The translations under genes were made by a program, and so were the position numbers. Below the pieces are notes generated by a model. The model searched no databases and was not told the origin of the DNA. It saw nothing but the letters and a program-made list of their open reading frames with translations. 64,000 nt of DNA, from NCBI GenBank assembly GCA_964247055.1, contig OZ176052.1:7750001-7814000 (forward strand), given 5' to 3'. Below are positions 13,501-27,500 of the stretch, piece by piece. This DNA comes from Paragordius varius. Taxonomy: Eukaryota; Animalia; Nematomorpha. The first letter of the stretch is position 1. Each line of letters opens with the position of its first letter.

Positions 13501-16500
13501 AAATATTTATGATTTTGTTTTATTTTATTATATACTAAAAATAGTCTTAGATTTATAAATACTCATTTGAAATCAAATAAGAAATAGGGTTTTACCCAAA
13601 ACTGATACTTTTGTGAGATTATGGTTCCCATACAAATTTCACAAAATTATACAAAGTAATTTTGAATTTAAAACAAAATATCAGTTTTAATGCATTGTTC
13701 AAATTTTTTTACACATGCATATAAATATGTGTTCCACTAATATCTACTGGTTTACAATTTTATAGGTATTTAATTGAGAAATAATTGGAAAACAACAGAC
13801 TTTAAATGAGTTAATTATTTTTTTGGTATTCTAGAAGCCTGTGAATTTCTCTTAGATATTAAATTTAGAAAACAGAATTTTTTTCCTTGAAATTTGGCAC
13901 TTTGTGATAGAATATATTTATACATTATGACTACCACTTATTTAATGGTCTCTTAATTCTTAAATAATAATGGCTAATATTTAATATATTCATAACATCA
14001 ATAAATATATACAAATGTTTATTCGTTTTAAGTTAAGCTTTAAAATGACATTGAATGATAGAAAATTTGAATTATCATTATATTTTCAGAGATTTGCAAA
14101 GATAAACATTGTCCTTTGAATGATGTTGTATTTGAATGTTCTTTGGATTCAATTCAATTACCGAGTTTAATAGATCCGGATCAATGCTGTAACATACCTC
14201 AAGGGTAAGTTAAAAAATTCTATAATACTGGTTTCTAAATTAACGCAAATAAAAATAGAAATATATCCAATATAATATTCTTTAAAATCGCTCGCTATAT
14301 TAGGTGCATATATTACTTATAATTAATTAAATGCCGAATAAATTTTAATGCCATTAATTAATATAAAAATAAATAATGCATGCGGAAAATTTTTATTTTG
14401 GGTAAATTGAGTTAATTTTAGATTATATAGGATGACTATTTATAGATTTGGCACACTTAGTGTTCTGATCGGTTACTAATGCATTCATCACCGTGACTGT
14501 GACCTAAAAATAACCAATCAACTTACAAATGTTTATCAGGTGATTCAAACTGTTTTAAGTTAATCGATAAAAGTAAAAAGTTAAGAAATTTAAAAATTTA
14601 TGAAAATTGCATAAATTACTCGTATATTATCAATATTAAAATACAATGAACGCTTGACTTTGTTTTGTTTAATTTAAAAACAACATATTTCAAATATGTT
14701 GCAATAATAACTGCATTTATAAGCAGTCAGACGGGTTTGACCAATGAAAATTTCAGCCCTAGACCATACGCACTTATCGTAAATAGCATCAAAATAGGCA
14801 TCGCACATAATGCCGTTTGTTATTACAGTCATGTATCCTTTATTTTATCAAAAATTTATTTTTTTCGTTAAATGGGTAATATATTTGGTAAAAAATGGAA
14901 ATAATAAGAGTTTTCTGGTATTAACAATATCATTTTCATCAAAAAAGTATAAGAATTACCATTCTTGTTTTTTCCATTCTTTACCAAATATTTAAACCCA
15001 TTTAACGAAAAAATTTTTTTGAAAAAATAAAGGATACATGACTGTATGTTATTTTCGGTTGGTGTAAAAATTGTTTGTAATTTAATAATTATGTATAAAA
15101 CAATTTTGTAGTTGTCAATGTACAAAGGAGCTTTGCCCACCGACACCCAAATGTGAAGATAATTATTGGTCTAAATTAATTTTTCAGGGCAACGGAATAC
15201 CTGGTACTTGTTGTGATGTCTATCGATGCGTTCCCAAGCCACAATGTAAATAGTTAAGTTTAGGATTATTTTAACATAAATTATTTTTTATAACAATTTA
15301 ATATATATATATATACCTAAACTCGTTGTCGATTTAAAGCTTTTTTTGTGGGCGATGCAATTTATTCTGTTGTAAGTAACAGGGATATAGGATTTTATTA
15401 GGAAAAATGAAAAATATGTGTTTTGAATTAAATATTCCTGTCCAGCGCATTTTACAACGGGCTCGCTTTGTTTTTCCTTTTACTAAATTACTCCAAATTT
15501 TGTGAAGTTGATACATGATGATTAAACAAAAATAATCATAATCCACAAAAAAATTTACAGCTTGCCAAATCTATGGATCTTTCCCTGCACTCTTTTCGGC
15601 ATTTTATGGGTTTCATTTTCTTGCAGAAAAATAATTCATTTTAAGAATAGTAACCCGTGCTTTTCCGTAATAATTATGTATAATTTTTTAAGATTATTAA
15701 TATGGTAAGAATTAATTTGAATTCAAAAAAATTAAAGTATTTTTAAATCCTAAATATAACCACTTGGATACAATGCATTCATTTCAGTCCTCCGATTCAA
15801 ATTGGAGTCTTTGTGGATCCTAGGCCTGTTTAAAATCAAATATTTTTAAATATTGTAAATTGGATTCATATAACATTCATGCACCGAGATATAAAAAAGA
15901 TTAAAAAAATGGTATTAATTATTTTATGGATAAACCTCGAGGTCAAAATTTAATTGACATGACATGTGTGTTTTTAGCTATATACAAAATAAATAAAAAT
16001 ATACCATTTTTCAGTATATTAATGTTAGATGTGATTTAAAAAAATAGCCTTAATTTTAGCGTTTGATTCATATAAACACGACATTTTGTAAAAATTTAAA
16101 AATAAAAATGGCGTTGAAGTGTTTTGATGTGGATATACAAAGCTAAATTTGAATATTTTGACTTATTAAGATTATTTTAAGGATAATAGCATATATTTAA
16201 ATTAAACCATTTCTTACAGTAGTTAATTTTATGAAAATATCCACTTAAATATAGTCTGAGGTCCCTAGATACCCTAATTTGAATCGAAGTTTTAACATAG
16301 TGTTTAAGGTAAAATTTATTTCACCGATTAATTACAACAAAATTAATTTTTAAACAAAATTGAACATAATAAACAGTTTATGTCTACCAATATCGAATTT
16401 CAAAAACTAGGTTAGTTATCTCGATTTAGGTTTTATTGCTATTTTATCTAAGCAAGTGTATATATATTCTAGATACACCAAGTATTTTGGATCTTCATCG

Positions 16501-19500
16501 ATTCGAAAGGCAAAAAGAATTTTGTCCTTATAAAGGTCGTGTAAAGTCTGATAAAGAAAAATGGATTGTTGAAGTGGGGTTTCAACAACCTTGTTTACAA
16601 TGTGTTTGCGAATCAGGACAAATATTATGCAAAAGTTTAACCTGTGATGATTCTTCTGAATGTAAAATGCTCCTACAAAATACTTCGCTCTCCGAAAATG
16701 AGAATAAATGTTGCGATAAGTGTCCGAAAAATGATAAAAGTATAATTGTTATATATATATATATTGAACATTCCGAAGCCTAGCAAATTTTTAGAAAATA
16801 GTTATTTCAAAAATGCTATTTTATATTTAAAAAGAGAAAAAATGGTTCCCCGTTTTCACGTACCTGGAGCTCTACATAGCTATTTACATGTTTTCTATTT
16901 ATTATTTTTTAAAAAAAGATGGATGTGAGACCGAATTTGGAGCTCACTTTGCAATCGGTCAACGTTGGAACGAGACCCCTTGCAATTCCTGCCAATGTGT
17001 TAAGCCTGGTAAAATAGAGTGCTCTCTTCAAATGTGTTCTATGCCCGAATGTACTGACTATGAAGAGGTTACATTAAAACCTGGGGCATGTTGTCCTATT
17101 TGTCAACCAAAGCAACCCCTGATCGATTCTGATTCTCATGGTAAAATCGGATAAAATTATACTTTGAATTAAACTGGTCAGTATTTATCTATATCTGCTC
17201 ACGTTTAAAAACTACAATTATCCAACAATGTGTAGTTTATTAATACATATGATTTATAGACGAAATCGAAACTCTAGATTCCTTCACCACTGCTCATTGC
17301 AAAGGATTAGATTCATTCTTAAGTGAAAGCCGATATGTATCAGGTGATGTTTGGGAGGAGAAATGTCGCACATGTTATTGTCTAAATGGTGTAACAATGT
17401 GTTCTTTGCTAGTATGCAATGTTTTGAATTGTCAACAGCCCATCTATAAATCCGCTGATGATTGTTGTCCCGTGTGCCCTGGCGGTAAGATTAAAGATAT
17501 CAATACTTAAATTAGACAATAAGATCTGTTATTGGTTAAAAAAATCTAGTTTGTATGTAAAGTAGATATTAGCAAGCCGATTTTTAACTCAAAAATTTGG
17601 CGGGTCAATTCGGAAAAATTCCACTCTTTTATTATGTATAATTTTTAACCAATTTACAGTTTGTTAAATTTACAAAACTTCTTTTGTTAGAAATATGTTA
17701 AAAAATTGCATTTCGCAAATTACGGAACTTCTTGGTACATAGGCTATTAATTTGTGTTAAGCATGGAATTATTTCGCTTTCTCAAATATATATTTTATGT
17801 GTATTTTGAGGGAGAATAAAAAAATGTAATACTTTTTTCCATCAATCTTTCTCTATTCACCGATGAAAAAACCCTTTTAGTTAATTATCATGATAAATGC
17901 AGATATATTTCCCAACAATCCACAACGACGATACACATCATGCTTACCAAAAAGTAACAATAATAAATATGAATACGACCCAGTTTTAACTCATAAAAAT
18001 AATATATCTCAATTATCCGTGCAACACTTTTCAACTGTACAAGATGCCTGGTGGGTAAATGATTGTTTGAATTGTATTTGTCATCGAACGACAGGGTTAG
18101 TCTTTTGTTCCGTTAATGAATGCCCCCCAACTCCTTGTAAATTTCCACAATTGTTTAAAGGTAACACACACAAAAAGTTTCATATTTTTTCATTTATATA
18201 ATATTGGATAATACTAATTATACCAGGAGTGCCCGAAACTAATGGCTTTGCTGGTCATATGTTTGACTTGAAAAATCTGGAGGGCCGCATTCGAAAAAAT
18301 CTAGGCATCAATAAATATTTTGTTAGATTTTAAACATAAGAGGATAAAAAATTCACGACCACAATATAACCACTATTTATTATAAAAAAAATTGTCACTT
18401 CATATTGCCAAATTTTGGAAGATGTATTAATTTAGAAATTTCATTTTACTTAGATTTTGTAAGGTATTTTTCAGACTACAAAAATATATCGGAGTTTGGT
18501 AAGTTAGACACCCTTGAATTAGACTGTAGATAATTTGAGATTTTAATTATGTTTTTGCTAAAGGAAGTTATAGTGCTTTAACGCATTTTAATACATAAAA
18601 TAGTGAATTTTCAACAGAAACTTTGGGTTTTTTGAAAGATATGGACAAAAAATTGTCTGGAAATGATTTTTTAAATTGTAATATTTTTTTATTTTAGATT
18701 ATTACTATCTTGATTCTTATCTTGTTCATTGCTATATTTTCCTATCAATCAATTGCTTAAATTCTTTTGTAAACTTAATCGCAGCGAAAATTAGGCAGTC
18801 ACGCGTTACACAATTATAGGGCAAGTTTAGCTATTTATATTGATTTTTGAAAAAGTCACATCTGTTTAAAGTAGGGCTTTATTACAAATAATTCATCTTA
18901 TCCTTGGGTAAATGAATCAATTTTGTTTTCTAAGAGTGACATATTTTTTGACGCTTTTTACCCGGTTTACAAAATGTATTTAAATTTTTTTGGTTTGTTA
19001 TAAGGAAACTGAACCCCTAGATATTTCCAAATCTTAAAAGTTAAAATTTAATTGGCTGTAGAATATTTCGGCTGCAATTCTATAAAGGATTCAACAAACT
19101 TTTTTTCGATTTTAAAATTTAAATATTTACATTTTATTGATATTTGATGCAACTTAATTTTATTTCATACAGGGTCAATTGGAAGAGGATCGAAAACCCC
19201 TTGTTGCAAAAGTTGTTTGGGTATAAAACTTTTATATTTTTTAATTTATCAATCTTAAATAAAATTAAGAAAAAGGTTTTATTAGGGTGATAAAACTGTT
19301 TTATTTTGATTAATTTAACCCTAATGTATTTCTATTTCCATTTTTACTATATTAAAATATATGACAGATGAATACACCCATACTAACAGTATGGATGTCA
19401 ATTCTCAACGGCTTCCTAATTGTTTTATAAAACACAAGAAGGAATATAAAAATGATGGAGCTTCATGGAAAGAAAATGCTTGTTTGAGTTGCAAATGTAA

Positions 19501-20460
19501 CAAAGGAATCGTTCGATGTTATAATGAAACATGTCCGATTCTTCATTGCAAATATCCCATATTAGTTGCTGGAAAATGTTGCCCTGAATGTCAAAGTATA
19601 TGAATAATTTAAACCATCAAAAAATATGTGTTTTAAGCGTTTAATTTCGGTTGTGAAACAATCATTTAGCGTAACTCACTACAAATATTTATAGTGGCTA
19701 AAATTTGTCATTTCATTTTATTATTAATTGATTGAGAACAGAAATTTTAAATTTCCCAATAATTTCTAAAGAATAGTAATAAAATTTTAATCCTGCAAAA
19801 AAGTTATATTAAAGATTCAGACAACAAATTTAAATTCTAATGCTATAAATAGCTTTTGAGTATTAGAAATCATTAAATTTAATTAATATTTTATACAAAA
19901 TTTAAATTTTCCAAAACATAGATAATGTAGGAGATATGAATATTTCTCAAATCCTCGACGAACAGGATATAACCACTTCTCCGTTTAACCGATTATTCAA
20001 TCGCATTTTTAACCACAATAAATATGCCAATCAGTTAAGGATCTCGGTGTTTATCCTATTTCTAGGATTACTCATATTTTTGATTCTGATATTGTTAATT
20101 TTCATTATCTTTGCTGTCGGATGGGCCATGACGCGCCGTAAAATGCGTCCACCTTCAACACCAAAATACGTAACAAGAGTTAAATCTCTTCAAGAACATG
20201 ATTACCCACTTTCTAACCAATCCAAAGGAAATGTTGATTCAATTAATCCAACCAAAGCACGATGTAAAAGGACAAGAGATTTGTATTATGAGCAATACTA
20301 CGCCAAACATAATTCCTTTTTATCCAAAATATTAGGGGTTCTCTTTAAGCAATCAGCAAAATCTAAGAATGGAACCAATAATAATACACTCAAACAAAAT
20401 GTTAAACTTAACTATGAATTATTAAAGAAAATGGACGAGAAAAAACAGTTAAAGTGTTAG
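7901..20460 (+). CDS. CRIM1: CRIM1-like cysteine-rich type I membrane BMP regulator (signal peptide, IGFBP-like domain, Cys-rich repeats, 5 VWC domains, TM helix)
   Basis: 13 phase-compatible GT-AG exons: 7901-8202, 10094-10278, 10553-10855, 13211-13495, 14090-14204, 15112-15245, 16473-16739, 16919-17140, 17260-17484, 17903-18160, 19173-19220, 19368-19595, 19922-20460. Motifs collinear with vertebrate CRIM1: CCPDC..QNAEEC...EGLICV...VGKC (IGFBP), PGKCCPIYEC, GNGIPGTCCDVYRC, VWC repeats W...C..C.C...CC..C, TM ISVFILFLGLLIFLILILLIFIIFAVGWAM. Confidence 0.88.
11903..12085. mobile_element. 183-bp MITE, Tc1/mariner-like, in CRIM1 intron 3
   Basis: ~50-bp terminal inverted repeats starting CAGTATGCATTTT(G/A)ATGGTT; right flank TA, left flank AA. 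Confidence 0.75.
12696..12738 (+). mobile_element. Short 3'-end relic of an RTE/BovB-type retroelement
   Basis: GCAGAGTTGGACAAAAACTAAGCAACTAAATACTAC resembles the recalled RTE/BovB 3' terminus (GCAAAGAGTYGGACACGACTGAGCGACT). Confidence 0.4.
15761..16291. mobile_element. TTAA-MITE family, copy 1 (CRIM1 intron 6)
   Basis: Begins CACTTGGATACAATGCATTCATTTCAGTCCTCCGATTCAAATTGG, ends CCCTAATTTGAATCGAAGTT+TTAA; homologous along its length to 34554-35132 (opposite orientation) and 59614-60005. Confidence 0.75.
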
Positions 20461-21919
20461 TTAGTCTTTATTTTTCTCGTTAAATATCCTTTCTTCAAAA
20501 AAAGATGCCAAAAAATGGGGTGTACAAGTATTTAGATTCACAAAGTATCGAATAAAATAATTTTTATCATAGTTAAAAATTTCCCCGTAAATTAATTAGA
20601 TATTTATTATATAAATATTTTTAATTTATATGTGCTATCTTTCATGCTAGTCCCAAATGTGATCTATTTCATTTCAAAGAGTATAGATTGCATTATAATA
20701 ATCTAATAATATATATTTCTATTTTAACTTATTATATTTTTATTGTTTTAATAATTTTTATTGGATATTTATAGTATATAAAATAATTCGTCATTTGTTA
20801 ATAAATTAATTTATATTACTATTATAAACAACATTTATTTTGTTATCTGAGAAGTGGATGATATTATATTGCCGGGCTGTCCAAAAGGTAACCGCGGACT
20901 TTGTGATCGCGGCAATTCAAAAAGTAAGCCTGAAAATTTTTGGAAAATTTTTAAACGATTCATTTAATTATTTCATATAGTAGTTGGCAAAAGGTGTAAA
21001 TGTAATAATTTTTTAATATAGTGCATACGTTTTGAAGCATTTGCATTAAAATTTATAATCAGTCATTTGCTTAGGACATAGTAATTAAACTTTGACGCTT
21101 TTTATAAATGCAACAGAAGCAGGTTTTTTAAAACTTAAATTTTAGAATAATAGGACAGTAAGAAGTTAAGATATATAATTTTGTGATGACAAATAAAACA
21201 TGCACTCAATAATCTAATAGAAAAGATCATAATTATTAAAAACATTAATTTATTATATAACAATCTAATGACGCTTCTTAAATAATACATAAATAAACAG
21301 GAAAAATCCCGATGTAAATAAATAATTTTTAAGTTTTTAATCAAGATTAAAATAAACGTGATGCGAATTCCCTTAAACATCATATATAAGGTCATTTGGA
21401 TAAAAATATTTTTTAAAATGGTATTCTTTTTTCTAATATTCCTTCTTCTCATAAGTATTTTTTTATTCAATGATTAATACTTTGAATTCAATTATCTGAT
21501 CTAAATATGTTCATAAATAGCAAATATCAATTGTTTAAATATGAGAAAGCCAACCACAATTGTAATATCAACCAATTCTTATTTATCAAAAGGTAATCAA
21601 ATAATTTATCAGGCAATTTAATCTGGGTAACATAAAAAATGTTTATGCGAATGTTTTACTAAAAAAGAGAATTAAACGGCTTGTTTTAGTCTGATGAAGA
21701 TATGATACATTATGAATAAAACGGTTTTCACGTAAATAGTATATTAAATCATTTTATAAGGATGTCCAAGCTATATGTTGGCACATAAAAAATTTTTGTA
21801 ATTTAATATATAAAATTAATTCTTCTTGTGGAAATATAAAATGGGAAGGTTTCATACTTATCGTTCTTATTAATTTTGTAATTTTTATTAATAAGAAACT
21901 CGATAAAACAATCAAGAGA

Positions 21920-22219
21920 ATGTCATTTTATTATTTACTGGTATATAAAGTGCTATTTGTCAACCCATTATCTTTGACAAATAATGTATTGAAAAAAAGT
22001 TTTATATTTAATAAACCTTAAGTAGTTATTAATCGTGTCTTCTTTTTAGATATATGTCGCTTACCACCAGAAATAGGTTCATGTAAAGAATCACACAGTA
22101 GATGGTATTATGATTCAGAGGTTGGAAAATGTAAGCCTTTCAATTACAGCGGTTGCCGTGGCAACAAAAATAATTTCGTGACAAAAGTTGATTGTAAAAA
22201 TACTTGCCCACGTTTTTAA
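21920..22219 (+). CDS. Kunitz/BPTI-type serine protease inhibitor (single domain, P1 Lys)
   Basis: Exon 22050-22219 after TCTTTTTAG reads ICRLPPEIGSCKESHSRWYYDSEVGKCKPFNYSGCRGNKNNFVTKVDCKNTCPRF*, with all six Kunitz cysteines and the GC.GN.NNF motif. The upstream signal-like exon 21920-21998 (MSFYYLLVYKVLFVNPLSLT..., 51-nt intron) is tentative. Confidence 0.85.
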
Positions 22220-22640
22220 TCAATTCAATTTCTTTTGTATATGTAATTAATTTATTTTATTGTATATGTGGGTTCATGTAAAAATGATTAATAAACTAAC
22301 TAAAAATTAAATAATTTCTTGTTGTTAATGCCCTCTCATATTATTACAGTCAAAAATGGTATGAATAGGTGTATGGCATTGGCTAAAAACAAAATATTTT
22401 ACAAGTATATACAAATAGGTGGGTATCAAATTTTGCATTTTAAAACAGTGGATAATTTAGCTAAGATGAATACTATATTATCACATTTATCATATCAAAA
22501 ACGGGTTTTTCGAAAAAAAACTCCTATAAAATGTGGAATTATTGTATGAGCACTTGATAATATACGTAAAAGGTAGATCAAGTAAGAATGATGAATTGAC
22601 TAAAGGTGTTTCGGGTAACAGAGTTGGGTTCTTTTTCGCT

Positions 22641-24498
22641 TTAAAAAAACTTTTTGGCACGATTGTTTTGAGAGTGGCTAATGAGGATTTAACAAAACAG
22701 TATATATATACAATAAGTTCATTATACAACGGCGTTGATTCTTAATATAAAAAAAGAAAACTGTAAATACATATAATTAAGCAATATTTTTACAATCACT
22801 AACTCTTTATTTATATGAAAATAATATAATTGCAATAATCATAAATATTTTAAGGCTAAAATTTAGGAGTTACCAATTTTTAGAAGCATATAATGATAAA
22901 AATAGTATTGGATTTAATTACTTGTACATTAAGATTCCAGCTACAATACTTATTTGAAGTGCCAAAAAGATGATAAAATGCATTGGAGATATGCAAGAAG
23001 GCATATGTAATTTGGGGCATTCTTTGGTCTAGTTTATTAATGTTAAATTTTAAATTAATAACCAATAAAAGTGTAAACGGTTTGTTTCAATTGACAATTA
23101 TAAAATAACCGCATAAAATTAGAATTAAGGAAATCTGGGAATACGCTACGCATTAAAAGGGTGCATATAAAAATACCCGGTTAAATATAAGAATAACTAA
23201 TATACAAATTATAGAAAAATATAAAATTTTATGTTAATTAAAATAAAACAATCGCGTAGTGTATATTAAACTGATATATTAGTAAATGAGGAATAAAACA
23301 ACTAATGATAAAATAATTGAATTAAAGACAACAAGTTATTAAATAGGCTGGATGTTTAAAAACCAAATCATATATACGCCTTAATGTTATATTGCTAAAA
23401 TTAAAAAGTACCAAAAAATAAAACTTATTTATTACTAATATATTTCAAACGCAACGCATGTAATTAACCTTTATATTCTAAAAAATATAGTAAGGATTTT
23501 GCAAGAAATTATAAAACAATGGATACGAAATCGTAAAAAGTATTATTAGGCCTGTCTAAAATTAAAATGGTTAATAATAGGCGCATTAGTTATGCATGGA
23601 AAAATATCTGTGCCTTATAATAATTTAAACACCGCCGTTTTAAAACCCATGCAACACATTTTGATTGTGAAGTCGCCATTAAATCAATAAATAAATCTCC
23701 TATAAAAAATAACTTTTTAATTTAACATAGCCAAATAATAAATATGTTGAAGAACAATATTTTATATATTAAAGCGGTTATAACCTATAGAGGTTGTATA
23801 AAAAAATCTAATAATCTTACTGGTTTCCGTGAAATGTGTTGCAATAATTCATTCATGTGATTTAATTGTTCTTTGATTTCTTTGTCGGCAAACGGAGATG
23901 ATGGTATACCTTGTGGAGAATTTTTAAAGTTATGAATTTGTTGGGATAATGCATCAAACGATTGCCTAGCATAAAATATTAAATAAATTATTTTTGGGTT
24001 GGTGTACAAGAATCGGTAATAAATAACATGCATAAGATTAAGGGGTCTACAAAGAATCGATGTGGTTATCAAAACATTCATTTGTTTTAAATTTATGTTG
24101 TTTAGTTTATTTTAATAATAATATTGTATGCATTTTATGGTTTTTTCTTTTTATGATAAACTTAAGGGTTAAATTATATGTAGTTGGAAAGAAAAATAGA
24201 CTTTTAAATTTATAATAGTAGGTATTTTCTACAGGTTTTTAAATCAACCATATTAGAAAGCGAGCGTTTCATTTAAAGGATAATTTATTAACGAAAAAAT
24301 TTGACCCTAAAACCCTTCTTGGTCCACATAGATTCTGTTTAAAAATTAGAAACCACCTTATATATTTTGTACATACATTATGACCTTAAAATTTTTACTT
24401 ATATAAAAACATAGCCGTTTTAGCGAATAAAGTATAAGAAAGAAACTTTTAATAAAATAAATTAAAAATTAATTCAAGAATTATGTATTAAATTTCGT

Positions 24499-24572
<74 letters not shown>

Positions 24573-27500
24573 GCCATACTTGAGAGATAGTAATTGCTGA
24601 GAATATTGTTGATTAATTTGATTATTGGGCTGATTAGTTCCGCCGACAGCATTAACCATTACATTCTATCATTATAAAATAATTTAAAATTAACTTTCAA
24701 TACATCTTTTTTTCTTTTTTTATTGAAGTAGGAGTTTAAAAATATGTTCAAAGCTTTAACTAGTTTATAATCTAAAATGGGTATTTATTATCTTATAATT
24801 TTTATATGGAAATAATCATTTTAATATATATCAATATGGATAAAATTTGTAAAAAGTTCATTATATGAAAAATTAAAAAAACAAATTTTGAAAAAACGAA
24901 AAAAAGCAATACATTTATTGTAGCAGATAATTCCATTAAATGGTGTTCCATTCGGCTTTGGCTTTCTAACAGCAATTTAAATTCTTTCCCTTCGATTGTG
25001 TCAACCTTAGGTAAATGAAAAAATTAAAAAAAGTTTTAATTTAAGTAAAATTAGCAGCCATCCCCCCCCTCTGAATAAGGTATATTTATAGGTGAACATT
25101 GCTTATAAAATAATCAATTTACACATCATAAATTTTTATTCCGAAATGAAATCTTAGTTATTGCGATGCAACTGTTAGATTTTGCGGGCATCTTCTTATC
25201 CCATATCTTAAGGCAAAACCAATAAGAAAAAATATGTTTACACTTTCAAATTAAATATTGGTAAATACATATATAAAAAATTAAATATTGGTAATCAATT
25301 TTTCAATTATTTTATGGGTTATTAATCGATAATAAGTCATACTTTTTTTCTACAAACTCGGTTATATATTATGAAGGGAGTCGTGTATAAAAATTTTATT
25401 TAATAAAAATAATTATAATTTTACCCAATCTTCTTCATTTTCCCAAGAATGTTTTTCGATAGCATCTGGATGTTCTTTGGCATATTGTTCCTTTTGTTCA
25501 TGTAATTTTTTGTAAAATTCCCTATATTCATCATCTTCAACGTGGTGTTCCTCTTTAGGTTCGGCCTAAAAGTTAAATAAAAATTTAATTAATAAAAATA
25601 AAAACATTAAGTTAAAATGACTTTGAAACGAAAAAACTTGTTAATTCATCTAAAATTTATACCAAATTAAAACTCAGTACCTGCTTTTTGATTGAATATG
25701 TTCGGAATCGGTAAACATCATGGTCATCTGTGGACAAAAAATTATATTTGAAGTTTATATCAACACTAAACGTATAAGCAATCTTTCGCCTGAAAAAAAG
25801 TATTTGCATTTTTATTCAATTAAAATATAAGAGTTGACACAATATTCAAATATAAATAATAGAGATTTTTCAAGTTTAATAGCGCGATCCTCTGTTTGTC
25901 TCAGAAAAAGGTTTGATAGTATTAAAAATGTAACTTTTTTATCAAAAAAGCTGTGCTATCCCCCGTTTGTCCTGGAAAAAAGTTTGCCAATATATAATTT
26001 GGATTTTGTACGGTTCCCCGTTTCAGCCACAAAAAAACGTGTTAATTGTATATAGTTTCAACTCAGTTTAAACCTTATATACGAAAACACAAAACTTACC
26101 AGCCATTCCCCCAGTTGCGGCGGAGAGGCCAAAATATCCCACGGGCGGGAGATTAACATTTTCGAGTTTAACACATTCCTTGTACACAACTTGATTGTCA
26201 AGCGCTGCACTTTGTAACGAGGCAAAAGCATATGAAACCGTAAGAGTTTTATCCACATAACTTATATTAAGGTGTGTGGGCACAGGTTGATTCCTATAAT
26301 TAAAGACGCAACCACCATTGAGTTCATTGGATCCATCTTGATCCTGATTAAAAACGCGGGTACCATCATTAATCATAACACCAATATGAGGATTATTGTG
26401 CTACATAATAATGGAAAAGAAAGTATATAATTGTTGCATTGAATGTATAAATATTGTTACTTAAAGGAACTAACATCAGGGACAGTTTTGGATGTTCTGC
26501 AAAAACATCTATACTTTGCAAGCTATTTTTTCACTAGTGGAGGGGTATAAAAAGTAAAAACCTCGCCTCAACTTATACACCATCGTGTATCCGAAATACC
26601 ATGCTAGACTTCTTTTAAAGCCCAAGCACTGACACCACCTCATATGTAAAAAAACTATAAAATCAATGTAAATGAAGGTTGTTAAACAGAATTAATTATG
26701 AGTCTCTTTACTTTTTTCTAAATAGGGACATAAATTATATTAAAACCCTATTAAGAGGGGTATTCAACACGTCCTCCAAAATATTTCTGCGGCCGGTGAA
26801 AAATTTAAATAAAATTTTTTACGAGATACATCTTTCCAAATTTTAGCAATGAGCTAGTAAAAAATGTTAATATAAATATTTTATAGCCCAAAAACTAAAA
26901 TGTAATAAAATATTTATGCCTATATATATATATATCCCAAATGCTGCCCGCAAAGTCATTTGTATTGGACAACCCCTGCTTTACAATGGTCTACTCGGGG
27001 TTGACAGTAATTATAGAAAATTATGCAGTTATTATTAAGCTAGAGTATGACTGAAAGCTTTAACACTCGCCTATTCCGAGTAGAAAGGTATGCGAAATCT
27101 CGATATTTAACGCATTATTCCATAGCGTCTATATTTGTAAACTTTGCATATAAATTTTTTGATAAAAACTAAAAACAATCCATTATTTGATAAAAAAAAT
27201 TTATCATTAATATACAAGTCCCAAAAGTGCCAAATAATAATGTGATTAAAATTCCAATAGGTAATTGGTTCATTGGACAACGAATTTTTCTGCCACTCTA
27301 GTTTTTTGAATTTTCTGATATTTATCATCATTTTAATAGCAAACTTGTAGTAAAAATTATAATTCCACCTAAAAATTTGGTATAATTTGGTTTTTTGATT
27401 ATGCGCCCTCTTTATCAAAATTTTACTAAATTTTTTTTGAAATACAAGAAATGCCCATTTGTTATATATAATTTGAAAGAGTAATAAAAACTCTATGAAA

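Noticed and set aside
26985-27105. CTACTCGG/CCGAGTAG stem with nearby CTGAAAG and GCGAAA
   Set aside because: No complete hammerhead or other known RNA fold could be built.
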